This document shows positions 25,990 to 39,787 of a stretch of DNA of 64,000 nucleotides, piece after piece. The number at the start of each line of letters is the position of its first letter. Position 1 is the stretch's first letter. Origin of the DNA: Eledone cirrhosa (Eukaryota); assembly GCA_964016885.1 (NCBI GenBank), contig OZ024741.1, positions 373,178,001-373,242,000 on the forward strand. Direction: 5' to 3'. The notes under the pieces were generated by a model. That model saw nothing but the letters and a program-made list of their open reading frames with translations. It was not told where the DNA came from and did not search any database. Position numbers and translations under genes: made by a program.

Positions 25990-26330
25990 TAATTTTTGCC
26001 TACTTATTCCTGGGAAGGGGGCTTAGAAGCAGAGTCCTCAAAAACTCATTCCAGCAGGTCCTGTCCAAAGCAACCACTTCAATTGATCCAGCTGGATCCC
26101 CAAGTGAGATCAGCCAAGCTCATGGTTGTTATCCAATTATCTTGCTCAAGGTCTCACCCTTGGATCTCCTGCTGGTTGGTTTGGCCCCTAAAATCTGTCC
26201 AACGATTCTTTCCTGAGACATTCTAACCACATGCTTATAATATCAGAGCTGTAATCTCTCACTTCAGAGAAGTAGTGGCCCTACCTGGAGCAACTCTCTG
26301 ATCTACACACTCTATTAAGTAACATTTTAC
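25990..26330 (-). mobile_element. RTE (Expander/Rex3-like) 3' fragment
   Basis: Minus strand reads IRELLQVGPLLL..ERLQL..HVVRMSQERIVGQILGAKPTSRR; same family as 62190-62470. Confidence 0.75.
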
Positions 26331-29161
26331 ATACTGATACCCTATTATAATGTTAAAATCTATTGAAGAACTAAGAATAGTTTAACACTTGGAAAAGTTG
26401 ATTGGAATCACTGTAATAATTTATGTGGCTTAGGACACCAAACATTAATTAGTAACAGCTAGATAATATACAGAATGACTAGGAACTCGATATAATGTAA
26501 ACAATGGTATAGACAAAAAAATAAATGTAGTGGGTCTGTGGCAGACTGACAAAATATCAGAATTGTAGAAACACTGAATGCAATGGCATAGCTGGAAACA
26601 GGTACAGCATAAATTAAGACAACAGACTGCTTGGTTGGCTTGCCAGAACTACTAGTTAGATTGTTGTAGCAAAGTCATTGAATTGATACTAGAGGTAATT
26701 TTGTTAAAGTATGTTAGCTAGGGTGTGAAGTAGTGAGAACATGTTCAGAGGTATTTTTCATTTGTTGGTAAGAAAAATTATTTGCTTTGCTTTGCACAAA
26801 TAAAAAACAATATGAAGCATATATAAGAAGTATAATTTCACATGGCAGATAAACATAGGTATTGAATATCGACTATAGAAAACAGTTATTGAGGAATGAT
26901 CTAAAGTAGAGTTTATTGAATATGCAACATCAAGTTATAGGAAGCCTAAGGATTGAAAAAATGTGTAGTCATCAGAAATATAAGCTGACATGATTAATTG
27001 ATCCTGTATCACAAAATCATCCATTCCATAGCAGAATGGAAAAGAAGACTTTAAAAGGGTTATGATGAAGATAATATTTGTAATTAGCCTAAAGTTACCT
27101 TTATCAGAAAGTACATAAAAACATGAGCCAATGAGCGAACCTCTACAGGACTCTAGATGGTCAGAGCAAATCTCAAAACACTGAACTGAACAAAGAAGAT
27201 GACAAAAGAATGAAACAAGGAGAGAGAAGTTGTACTGGAGAATATCCATCCAACCCAAGAAAACATGGAAAAGCAAGCATAAAAAGGATGATTTTGATGA
27301 TGATTCCCTCAAATCCACCATACTGTCTTTAAAAAGAAAAATTCCATCGGCCAATGTGGTCATGAATACTCCAAAAGATGGAATAGTCACAACTGGAATA
27401 CCTTTCATTCTGGATCTGCTCAATCAGGATTGACCTGGGGTTAAACAATAACAACAACAACAGCAACGACTACATACAATGGAACAGTGGTAAGAAACTC
27501 TCAGTAGAGCTGGACAGCAGAAGGTCTTCAGAGAAGAACCACCACTGAAGCAAGTGTTTCGGCCCTTAACCACAAGCCAACAAAAAAATAATAAATGTAT
27601 CATAAACAATTAGGGTCTCTGAAGGTCAGTACTTAACTATGTTTCAGGGTTTGAAAATTATGAAAGATAAATCTCCTCTAGTGTATTGTAGATAACATTT
27701 CTACATGATGCACTACTTGCTACTAAAAGTTAAAATGAAAAGGGGTTATAAAACAGAAAGTAATTCTAGCACAGGATTTGAACTAATATCCTAAGCACTC
27801 AATTACTTTGTTTCTGCTAGTCCCTTCATAATAGATATTAAAATAGCTAATAGATAAATGAATACAAATATTTAAATATCCTTTTGAGGTCAATAAAAAA
27901 GTACCAGTCTAGTACTGATGTCAATTCTTCCTCTATATCTCTTTCTTACTTCCTCTCTCTCACTATCTATCCTTCTCTGGAAGAAATATGCTGTATTCAG
28001 ACCTGGAGAGGAGATGAACTCTGCAAGGCTTAAAATGCCCAAGAAATGCTGTATGCCACTACACCACCTCTATGACTCCACCAGGAACTATGGAACCATA
28101 CCATAGGCACTAAAATGTTGTGAAATATAATGTAATATACAACAATAAGATAAAGTTTATCTAATTATTTATTACAAATGTACAACAATAACTGAAATTA
28201 CGACCAAATGTAATTCATTGCTTTCAATATAACAATGAACACTGTCGATCACATAAATTGTTACATGAATGACACAATCATTCATGATAACTATGCATTC
28301 ATTACAGGGAGCTGTTGCTACCTCCCACTATCATACAAAGCAAACTAAACTAGGCAAGCCTTGACCAATAGATATTGCATCACTTTACATTTTCAACAGC
28401 ATTCATTTACATAATTCCAGAGAATTACATAATACTGTGCACAGACGAGATAAGTAAATAAGTAAAATATTGATCTTATGGGTAAATGTTACTAGAAAAT
28501 AGCATTTTTTAAATGATGCCTTAGACTAAAACCATGGATGCATCATCATTATCATCATTATTATCATTGTCAGTTAATGTCTATTTTCCCTGCTAGCAAG
28601 GGTTGGACAGATCATCACAGCCCAAATTAATACTTAATTAGAATCACTGATCTTGCATTCTACAGAATGGACCATGCATTTTATTGTAGCACCAGAACTA
28701 GGGAGGCTGTCATGTTTCTTTGTCACAACTGAAGAGGCCCCTATACCCTGCAAGTTTTCTATGGCTGGATACCCTTCCTATCACAAAACATTTTACAGCA
28801 TGTACTGGGTGTGATATATCATATCATCAATACTAGAAATGCTAAGAAAAAAACAACTAACATTAAACATTCATTTCAGGAAAGATCTTCCAGTATCTTT
28901 GGCTCCGTAAGAATTAATAAAGCATTAATATGAAGAAGATAGCAAATATTCAGAGCATTGCCATAACAGAATTTTTATACTTTAACATTTTTGTTACTCC
29001 ATTTCTAATGAAATACATTATGTGAATTAATTAATTTTGAAAATAATATGAAGAGTTTAATGAAAGATCAAGCCATTTCATTAGTAAACTAATATTTCAA
29101 ACATTATTTTAAAATTTCTTAAATACAATTATAATAGGAGGTTTTAATATAAGTATATGAA

Positions 29162-29497
29162 GGTGCATGGCTTAGTGGTTAGAGCATTAGGCTTGCAATT
29201 GAGGGGTTGTGAGTTCGATTCTCGGACTGGGTGATGCGTTGTGTCCGTGAGCAAGACACTTTATTTTACGTTGCTCCAGTTTACTCAACTGTAGAAATGA
29301 GTTGCGAAATCACTGGTGCCAAGCTGTTTCAGTCATTGCCTTTCCCTTGGACAACATCAGTGGTGTGGAGAGGGGAGACTGATATGCATGGGCGACTACT
29401 GGTCTTCCGCAAAAACAAGCCTTGCCCAGGCTTGTGCCTCAGAGGGAAACTTTCTAGGTGTAAAACCATGGTCATTCATGACTGAGTGGGGCCTTCA
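29162..29497 (+). mobile_element. SINE family C, full length
   Basis: TGGCTTAGTGG A box, GTTCGATTC B box, GAGCAAGACACTTT...GTTGCTCCAGTTTACTCAACTGTAGAAATG CORE-like domain. Confidence 0.85.
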
Positions 29498-30706
29498 ATA
29501 TAATTATATATATTTTTAAATGAGCAGTGGTGTATCATAATGCCAAAATGGTTTCAAGCCGGTTGGTATCAAAAGGTTTAACTATTAACATTTTGTAAAG
29601 AATTGTGGTAGAGCCTGTTCCAGCACGTCTCCTTCACCATCCCCCAGGGCAATGTATTCGCCATCCTATTGGCTGGGTCCAAGAAGCAGAGAGCAAGTTA
29701 GTTGGAGGTAGAGGATAATTGTTCGGATGTCACACATATATACATACATACTCAACCACTTGCACATATATGCATTCTGTAGTACTTTAGTAGAAAATAT
29801 CTAAAAACAGGTTTAGTATTTCAAATGTTTATGGTGTTTTTATTGGTAGACAGTTGGTTGTGAAAATTTGCAGCATTAGATAGAGTAAAGACTTTAATTT
29901 TTAATGTGATATAATCATAATTCTGTTTTGTATTTATTTAGAATGTCTATGGTACAGAATGTTAAGAGATAATAGAAATTCTAATGATGTTTTTTGATAA
30001 ATGAAGTTTTGTATAGCAGCAAACTTCTGCATATTGAATATATATAAAAAAAAAAAGCATTCCATTCTGAACATGTAACTTTGTTCCTACTGATGCTAAT
30101 AATTATACATTTTCTGTTTGAAACTAATCTAAGCATGAATAAAAGCTATATAAATGTGTGGGATTTCCACGATAAAAAGACAGCAACTGTTACAAATTCT
30201 ATTCACATAATCATTGAGATACAATAAATCTTGATGATCATAACTAGCTGTTTCTGTCATAGCTATAATCACTAAAAACATCTTTTTACAAGGGTTTTCC
30301 ACCCCCATACATATTTCAATCTTAACAGAATCCTAAATCATTACAATTGTCCTTGTCTAATAATATCCTGGTGTCTGATACCTAATCTTTTTCTCAGTTC
30401 TGTTTTCAAATTCATATGGATTCATTTTTGTGTTGGCATGTGTTGACTGTAACTTCTTTTATCCAGAATTATGTGAATTATATGTTTGAAACCTAGGAGA
30501 TATTACGATAAGAAAGAAATATAGAATGAAAGAAAGAAAGAAGAAAAGAAAGAAAAGAGAAAGAAAGAAATTATTTTTTGAATTATATGTTTTAAATGTA
30601 GGACATTATGGTTTTATAACAAAAAAAAAACGTATTTTTCACAAATTTATATACATCCATTAGAATCTTGCAATTAGAATCTTACATAGAAAATGTAGCC
30701 TTAGAC

Positions 30707-30937
30707 CAGGGTTTCCCAACCAGGGAGTGAGATAACATTGATAATTTAATTCTTTTTTTAGGATTTATTCAAATTTTAATTTTTTCTTTTCCATTTATTT
30801 CATTTTTGTTTACATATTATTAAAAAATTAGATCATATACATTTGTTGCTCAAATTTAGTATTAATTCTTCTTCTTTATCGAGAACATATTAAAAAATGT
30901 TTAGGGATGCGGACAAGAAAAAGGTTGGGAAACACTG
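30707..30937. mobile_element. hAT (Charlie-like) MITE
   Basis: TIR CAGGGTTTCCCAACC / GGTTGGGAAACACTG; 8-bp TSD-like CCTTAGAC / TCCTAGAT. Confidence 0.7.
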
Positions 30938-31065
30938 TCCTAGATACATAAAGTCGGAAGTAAAAGATGGCATAGATAAGTCAGCTGGATAAGGGCAGAC
31001 TAAAGGATGGAATTTCTCTCTCTATTTTTTGTTTGTTTTAGTAGTTATATTATTAGTCAGATACA

Positions 31066-31280
31066 GGCGGTGGATTGGCAGTATCAGTAGAGGATTGGAT
31101 GTCATGCTTTGTAGCATAGAGTCCTTTATGATCCGAGTTCAAATCCCGCCAACGTTAACTTTGCCTTTCATCCTTACGGGGTTGATAAAATAAAGCACCA
31201 GTAACGTACTTAATCGATTTAATCAACTACCCCTCCCTCCAAATTACTGGCCTTGTGCCTATACTAGAAATCATTATTAG
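31066..31280 (+). mobile_element. SINE family A
   Basis: Full copy flanked by direct repeat ATTATTAGTCAGATAC (TSD). Confidence 0.9.
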
Positions 31281-31808
31281 TCAGATACTGAAGGGAGCCT
31301 ATACTTTCTTTCAGATTATTTCTATTTCATTGTTAAAAATATAATATATGCTCTGTGTAGCTTTAATTATTATAGGATTAGCAATTTCAGCGTAAATTGT
31401 ATGATGCACAAGGGTAATCGATAATAAGAGCATCAGTGATATAAACCTTTTCCAATCACATGAAGGATCCATAAAAGTGGTTGGTAGCTTCTGCTACCTA
31501 GGTGATCTAATTAGCATGGGGGTGGGGGGGGTGCTCTGAGCGCATAATAGCTAGAATGAGACAAAACGTATGATGTATGTGTCCAAAGTGCAATGTTGCA
31601 TGGTTTAATTATGAAATTAAAGCTGCTGCTAATATCTCTTCTTCTGATGTTTAACTTTCTATCAGCTAGGCTATTTATTATTAATATTACTAATACCAAA
31701 CTACACCAACCACATCTGATTCTAGGAAACAAAACACTAATTTAAAAGGGTTTCTATTTAAATGCAAACCTTCCAATGTGATTTGAAATTGATAATTTTG
31801 TTATACTA

Positions 31809-32089
31809 ATAATTATAATGAAATTATTGTGTACAGTGCTCAGGTGCACTACAACTCATTAAAGGTGGATGTATAGTACATAGAATAATGTACAAATGTC
31901 AGGAAAGAAAGTGAACAGTGTATGAGTCATGATATACATGTGTGCATGTGTATGGAGAGGGAATATCAGGTGTAGTGTCAGCGAATTTCAGGAAGCATGG
32001 ATGTTTTAAAGGATGCAGTGTCTTGGCAGCTAACAGTTTGTTCCATGCTTCAGCAACTCTGAGTGTGAAAAAATGTTTCCGAAAGTTAC
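31809..32089 (-). mobile_element. CR1-type LINE 3' end
   Basis: Reverse complement of about 45940-46225 with a small deletion. Confidence 0.85.
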
Positions 32090-33903
32090 AAATATCTTAA
32101 TAATGAAATAATTAATAATTTTAATGAACCCCTCAACACTTTATTGAGTAAGTATGTTAATACCCATTTTTTCCGTTCAGTGGTTTTATATGTCTCATTA
32201 TAAGACTATTATATTTTGTCAAAAAGTTATGGTGAAGTCTTCTATTTTAATTTACAGAGTATTGACTTAAAAATATGGTCATGAAAAGGTCTAGGAATAT
32301 TTGACAAATATAGATCACTATAATAACTATTATGTAAATGCCAGACTTGAAAAAATAATTAGTGGAGTTGATATGATCAACTAAATCACTTGAATATGGT
32401 GCCCCAGCATGATCATAGTCTGAAACCAATAAAAGAATAAGAAAAATATTCTCGATGTACTTTTACAGCTAAATGTTTAAAGTGACAGCTATGAGGTTTA
32501 TGTTTTGTTTGTTTTCTTTTTCCATAATGACATAGTTTGATTATTATCGAGAAAGCTTGGCTTCCTTCATCAATAATAGTTTTCTGCCTGTCATGGCATA
32601 TGTTAATATGTTACACTTCAAATGTAATATCTTTAAATAATTGTGCAAATCCATCATTATTTATTACAAATGATAAATGGATCTAATATCTTTCAATAAT
32701 TGTACAAATCCATCATTAGGAAAAACACATTTTTGTCACTACAGATTTTGTACTTATTTTATATTACTTTTATACTTTTGTAAATTTTTATGAACTACAA
32801 AGTAAATTGCTCCACCCACTAACCCATTTAAAAATTTTTTTTTTATTTTTGTGTATTGACTTTTATTTTATTTTAAATTTCTATGTTTTAAACATTGGAG
32901 ATTATGATTCTGAAAAAAACAAACTAAATAATGATTTCTAGTTTTTCATTTTTTGCCAGATTCCCTTTTTTGTTTCAGTGTACGCAACCAGCTGCAACTT
33001 TTTTCATTAATTTTTTTTTTTCTCTAGAATTGTTTCTGAATAATGTTTGAAATTTAGGAGATTATGTTTCTGCAAAAAAATATTTTAAAATTAGCAAATT
33101 CAATTTTTTTTACATCCTCTTCCTCATTTTGGGAACTCCTAACTGAATGCAACTTATTCATTTTTTAAAGATGTTTTTGCGAAATTCTTTTCTGAATTAT
33201 GTTTTAAATGTAGGACACTATAATTCTACTAAAAAAATATTTTCATAAATTCAATGTTTTGTTACAGGGGAGTACTTATTGTGAAACTCCACCCAATTTT
33301 AATCTTATTTCACATTTAAGCAATCTTCACTATGAAACAAAATCAAATACATGAATAACAAGAGAAAGGATGAGAGGAAAACAACAATATGAAATAAGAG
33401 AAAGTTTAAGATAAAACCAACAGATAAAAAGAGCTAGCATGATAGAGCACAGATGTACAGGATACCTACAGTTATCATCCTCATCATCATTTTTATGTTG
33501 CCTTTTCGATGGGACCCTTTGAGGTAATATTTTACAGCTGGATGCCCTTTCTAACACCAACCCTTTTAATAACTTCTTATGAAATGCAGGAATATGTTGT
33601 ACCTATTCTAAAATGGGTACACACGATTAAAACCCCCAAAAAGTGGTCAGAAGCATCTACAAGGAATCAAACCCTGAATCTTTTGAATACTGTGAGAGTG
33701 TGTTAACTACAGGGCTAAGGGAGAAAATCAACAGATACAAAGAGATAATAAAGACAACATAAAGAGAGAGAAGTGGGTGGAATAACGTGAATATGGGCAG
33801 AATAAGAGGAAGAACTTGAAGACAGGAGTTAAGTACAATGAAAATATATGAATAAAGAACAGTTGCTTAATTTGAGAAATATTCAAAGAATATATCAGAG
33901 GAG

Positions 33904-34128
33904 ATTTGATACTCCAATGATACAATATCAGTGAGTACAAGTTGAACCATACAGTATGATATTTGATACACTGATGATACAACATGAGACTGCACACGTT
34001 GAACCATACAGTATGATATTTGATACACTGATGATACAACATGAGACTGTACAAGTTGAACTATAGAGTATGATATTTGATACACTGATGATACAACATC
34101 ATCGTGTACAAGTCGATCTATACATAAT
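33904..34128. repeat. 57-bp minisatellite, about 4 copies
   Basis: GTACAAGTTGAACCATACAGTATGATATTTGATACACTGATGATACAACATGAGACT unit. Confidence 0.9.
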
Positions 34129-35599
34129 GTGACACTTTGAGGATTCTAAACTGTTGCCATGGCAGTAAAATATGACTTCTTCCTCTATAGATGAACTGGA
34201 TCTGCTCTTTGATGCAAATAATGAGGAAGCTTATAATTCATATCTGAAATAATAATTGTAGTTTCCTTTTCTTTTTATGGTGCAAATGTCATGCTACACC
34301 TGAAGTGAATGAATGAAATTAATCAACAAGATCCCAAACCTCATTCATTTTCTGAGTGGGGTGGAACTCATCAAATCAGACCAAAAAAACAATTACTCCA
34401 TTGGGTTTTCCATTGCTGATATTATCTACTGGTCATAACTCCTGGCAGAAAGAACTAAATAAGATATCTTGCTCAAGGACATAACGCGGCACTCAATCCA
34501 GGAATCAAACACACAACTTCAAGATTACGAATCCAATTTTCTAACCACTAATCCGCACCTAAAGTAAAGGAGCCTTATTGACTTAGAATTCAAGTAAAGA
34601 CATATCATTCTACTACTCTGTACATGGAAAATGACTACCCAACATTTAGCCAGCTTTACATTATAGATAATATACAAGTTTTACAACCATAGATAGAAGC
34701 AAACACCTTATGTGGTAAATACAAAATAAGAAAGGATTAAACAAATTAACTCGGAAATAGAGTCTTGAGACTCGAGTGTATAAGGATTCTGAGGAAAATG
34801 GGAAAACTCGGCAAATGGAAGCAAAATACCATCGAAGTAGTGTTGGGTAAAATATTACCTCGAAGGACAGAGATCAGCGACTAGATGTGAGTTGACTCAA
34901 AAGAAGGAAGAGAAGGTAGGAAGGAGGAAAAAGAAGGAAGAGAAGGTAGGAAGGATGAAAAAGAATGGATGAAAGCGAACAGGTTACAAACATTAAAATA
35001 TGCTCTTTAGATCTCAATGAATTAATTATGAATTAAGGAAGGATTCTTTTTCAGAATCTGTATGCTGAACTATTTTAATACATGTGTTTGATATAGTTGC
35101 AAAAACAATCCCCTGCACTCAGAGAAAATACTGTTACCTGGCACTTCAGATGAAGCCTTGACATCAGGTGGTATCATTTTCCTAGAAGTGATGAAATTAT
35201 CACTGTGTTTATTAGTAAAAATAGAGAACTCCTGAGTCATCTAAGAACTATGACACCAATAAGAGTCTCATATTTATCTGGCCATCATCACCTAATATGT
35301 CGTACACTATTCATCATCATCATCACCATCATCATCATTTAATGTCCATTTTTCCACGCTAGCGTGGGTTAGACGAATTGTCCAGTTGTGAGACAAGTCA
35401 GATCAGCTGACCATGTCTTGCTCATACAGAACTGTTTCTGGCTTCGTTTCTATGGCTGAATGCCCTTCCTAATATTAACCACATTTATAGTGTTATATAT
35501 ATATTAATTCCCAATGGTGAACTTCCATGTCACAAGGATATTACAGCATACTGAAGAAACCCGTTTAAAATAAGGAGACTATGGTAGAGCTCTGCTGTA

Positions 35600-35850
35600 A
35601 TTGTCACATATCAAGAAAGATTTACTAAAAATATTTAGTCAATGTGTACATCAAATCTGAAAGGTTCTATTTACAGTTTGTAAAAAACAACAAATCACAG
35701 CTGAAATTTGAACAGTACAGTAAACTGATGAAACACCTTGTAGATAAAGAAGATCAGAACATAAAACCAAGGGTACCAGTTATACTATCTTCATCATTCA
35801 CTGAGTGTTCATGCATCATTGCTTCCAAGATGCTATGGCAACAATATCAC
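35600..35850 (+). mobile_element. Helitron Rep/helicase relic
   Basis: YLVNVYIKSERFYLQFVKNNKSQLKFEQYSKLMKHL...VPVILSSSF then shifted FQDAMA resembles the Helitron Rep segment (vdaYvKiE..rL..ir.nQ..LR.e.Y...ILPSSF.gspR...yQDAMA). Confidence 0.75.
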
Positions 35851-36101
35851 AAGAGGATAGACTGTTGTGAAAAGCAATGTGTACAGTGATGTTCTAAATT
35901 ACATATTGTATATAGTGAGGTATTGGGCTACACACCAATATTTTCTAGTTTCATTAACTCTTAATATTTAGAGGAAAATATCTCAAAACAGGCTTTACTA
36001 GTAGACAGATCATTGTAAAAATGAGCATAATGAAAGATATTGCCTATCATTTTCAAAGTAATCAACAATTTGGAGGGATTTAGTAAAATAACTAACTTTA
36101 T

Positions 36102-36349
36102 AAAGGAAGTATGTTTGGAATATGGCGAGCGAAGTTTAGAATTGAAATAGAAGCTTTGCAGTAACATTTACTAAATAATATAGTCTAATAGTGGGACATA
36201 TAAACCCACTGAATGGAAAAAGATGGGTATCAGCACACATAGGAGCTGACACCCATTTTTTTTTTCTGTTCAGTGGGTTTAAATGCCCCATTATTAGACT
36301 ATAGTATTTAGTAAATGTTACTGCAAAGCTTCTATTTCTATTCTAAACT
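36102..36349. mobile_element. Leader plus ~100-bp-arm hairpin element, copy 1
   Basis: Inverted arms about 36133-36230 / 36243-36349; 12-bp flanking duplication AACTAACTTTAT. Confidence 0.7.
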
Positions 36350-37086
36350 AACTTTATTATAAACTAACTGGATGTTTGGAACATAACTTAAAGTTTGATG
36401 GAATGTTTTTAGATAAATATATACACTTTAAAGTAAACAGTTCTGTATCGTAGAACCAAGGAATAATTTTAAGCAGTTTGGTATCAAAAGGGTTAACTAG
36501 AGTAAAGACATTAATTTTTAATGTGAAGTAGGCATAGTGTTGTTTTGAACTTTTCAAGAATGTTTTACCAATATGGTTTTATCTGGTACATGATGTTAAG
36601 TGTTAAATGGTCTTGAAATGTTTTTGGTTAAATTTATGTCAGCTGAGTTATTCTATTGTTGCTATAATTGTTATCTAAATTCTAATTTTTCAATAATTTC
36701 AATTCGTTGTCTGGCTCATTATCATAGAAATCTTTATCACATTGAAACAATGTTATAAATTTATGCATCAAAATGAAAGTAAGAACATTTACAAAGCAGA
36801 ATTTGTATGGGTGCTGTTAGTTGTGGATGAATGAAATTAGGACAAGCATTATTATGATTGATTCATTTGTTAATGTTTTATAAAGGGGAGAGAATCGGTT
36901 TCCTATTTCATAGAAAAATAATTCAAAGTATTTCAAGAATCAATTCAACTGCAGAATCTTATTTAGTTTATTTCATATTTATTTCTTAGTAATAAAGAAT
37001 GTTAAATGTTAAATATTTCCACCATGATACTTCTTTCCCATAGAAAGTTAAGTTATTACACCATGGAAGAATTATTTTAGTAATTA

Positions 37087-37143
37087 AAAACAAAACAAAA
37101 CAAAACAAAACAAAACAAAACAAAACAAAACAAAACAAACAAA
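37087..37143. repeat. (CAAAA)n microsatellite
   Basis: Direct reading. Confidence 0.97.
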
Positions 37144-37344
37144 ATGACAATCAAAAACTGTTAAATTCACTTTACATTTTATGATTTATTTTCAACTGCT
37201 TGCTTATATCAAATATCTATTCTATTGGCACTTGCCAAACAAATACAACCCCTAAAGTTAATTGCTTTCCCTTTATCTACCATATATATATGTACGATCA
37301 AAACAAACTGACTATATTTATCTTGATGTATTACAATATAAATG

Positions 37345-37745
37345 ATCCAGTCCACACTGTAAAGTGGTTGTGTTGATGACACAACAAAAAGCACCCAGTC
37401 CACACTGTAAAGTGGTTGTGTTGATGACATGACAAAAAACACTCAGTCTACACTCTAAAGTGGTTGTGTTGGTGTAATAACAAAAAGCACCCAGTCTACA
37501 CTGCAAAGTGGTTGAGTTGATGTCATGACAAAAAATGCCCAGTCCATGTCGGTGCCATGATAAAAATCACCCAGTACACACTATAAATGTGGTTGGTGTT
37601 AAGACGGGCACCCAGCTGTAGAAACCAAGCTAGAAATGGTTCTGTATGAGCAAGACATGGTTATCTGATCTGACATGTCTCACAAGACAACTTGTCTAAC
37701 CCATGCTAGCATGGAAAATGAACGATAAACAGTGTCGATGATGAT
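37345..37745 (+). mobile_element. SINE family B with about six tandem ~48-bp internal units
   Basis: CCCAGTCCACACTGTAAAGTGGTTGTGTTGATGAC repeats then standard body and tail. Confidence 0.8.
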
Positions 37746-38429
37746 GTGTGCATCCAGGCTTTTAGAATAAGTACACTGTATACCTGCATATTGTATGAGG
37801 TGACTAAAAGTGTTGGCCTTCAACTGTAAAATATTGCCCAAAACAGCCCATCTAACCCATACTAGCACATAATAGGCTATGTAAAAACGATGATGATGAT
37901 GAAGAGGAGGATAATGATGTATCAATTAACAGGTATAAATTTTAGACCTAGTGATAATATTCTATGAAAAAACTAAATTTGGAAAAGCTCACAAGAAATA
38001 CTAGTTCTACTGATAATAATGTATATTGTAGAATGTGTGTAGCAGTAGTACATTGGCAATGCAATATAAAGCTATTGATGCATGAGGAATATGCTAACAT
38101 AAAAGTGGGGGTGAGACAAAGTATAGTCCTAAAATAGAACAGGATATATTAGATATGCTCTCTTGATGGTGATGATGATGGTGAGAGCATATCCAATGAT
38201 GTATAGCTTGAATAAACATCCTACCTCTCTTTGTATAAGTCTATTTGATCAAATTTGAGATGTAATTTTAGACTGAAATATTATAATGTCTCAAGTGATT
38301 TTATGACAATTCCATTGGGATATTTGGCTTCAATTCTATTAACATTGATAGATAGATTTAAAATGTTTCTAAAGCTTAAGTAAATTTATTCCACATGCCA
38401 CCACCAGTAATGAAACTTAAGGATCAGTC

Positions 38430-39025
38430 TGCCTCATGGTCCTAGCTGACAGGATTGAGAAGACATTGCTCCAGAGGATAGCAAGGGAAATGCACTAGAA
38501 GAGCCACTCAACTTCATGGGGCCCACACTTGTGAGTAGCTAACTCTGCTTTGATAGCAGTGAGCAGGGGTGTGGTCAAGGGGCCAAGAATGCTGAAAGTC
38601 TCTACTGCTACAGGTTCAACCACAAACCTATCAGACAGCAATAGTAGTGAGTAGGGATGTGTTCCAGGAGCTAAGAATGCCAGAAGTCTCTACTGCTACA
38701 GGCTCAACTACAAACCTATCGGACAGAGATAATAGTGAGTATGGATGTGGCCAAGGGGCCAAGAACACTGAAAGTTTACAGTGTTGCAGGTTCAACCACA
38801 AACCTATCAGACAGCGATAGTTGTGAGTAGGGATGTTACCAAGGGGCCAAGAATGCTGGAAGTCTCGACTGCTGCAAGCTGAACTACAAACCTATCAGAC
38901 AGTGACGGATACTTTGACATTTTCCTCTCTTTGGCCTGGCAGCCATGCTTTATGATCTTATTGAGAGTAGCATGACATGGGAGCCAGTTAGCACTATAAG
39001 GGCATGCCAGTGGGTGGAGACTGAA
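38430..39025. mobile_element. Dispersed repeat (same family as 9090-9615) with four tandem 88-bp units
   Basis: Units start at 38553, 38641, 38729, 38817. Confidence 0.75.
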
Positions 39026-39301
39026 AGAATCCACAGTGGATCTGGAGCAGCATTTGTGAGGGTCACAGATCCATATGCTGAGCCTCAGGCAAACACCGAT
39101 GCAGCAACACAATTCATATTTACCTAGATGTTTGTATATATATATATGATAAAAAATACAACAAATACCATATTTCCTTGCCCACTAAGGAGTTTGCTTT
39201 GCAGCTAGTTCATTTTGAGTTCAGTCCCACTGTGTGACACTTTGAGCAAGTGTCTTATACTATAGCCTCAGGTTAGTAGGCCCATCATATATATATATAT
39301 A

Positions 39302-39787
39302 TATAATTGGATATATGAGAGGGATAAACACAGATATAAGTATACATGTGTTCCAATTACAAATGACCAAGTTAGCTAGGTTGAAAAAATGCTAATTTAA
39401 AACAATATGGATTGCCTGACTCGATTTAAAGTAATAAATCAATAAAAATAACAAACCTATATCGGGCAATAGCCTTTGATACCCGGACAGACGTAAATCT
39501 GTTTCGCAAAAATTATTAAGTGAAAGCCAGAATTCCTGTGCTCTTAGGCTATTGCCCGATAAAGGTTTGTTATTTTTATTGATTTATTATTTTCAGGCAA
39601 ACCATATTGTTTTAAATTAGTATTTTTTCAACCTAGCTAACTTGGTCATTTGCAATTGGAACACATGTATACTTTTATCTGTGTTCATACCCTTTCATGT
39701 ATCCAATCATATTACATGGCTCGGAAAGATTCCCTTCTTTGAGATATTTAATTGTAAAAGACTATTTTGAGTTTCTAACTCAATCTA

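Noticed and set aside
26935-27423. 162-aa minus-strand ORF
   Set aside because: Antisense to a decayed RTE-like remnant (PKKTW) and a SINE tail; no motif
29162-29235. tRNA-like sequence (and other SINE heads)
   Set aside because: A/B boxes are present but continue into SINE bodies; no complete cloverleaf evident
33904-34128. Regularly spaced repeats resembling a CRISPR array (also 8826-9021, 37345-37600, 38553-38904)
   Set aside because: Units are contiguous tandem copies without unique spacers; no cas genes; eukaryotic context
34711-34988. Possible solo LTR (TG...CA, purine-rich)
   Set aside because: No matching TSD, PBS/PPT or second copy found
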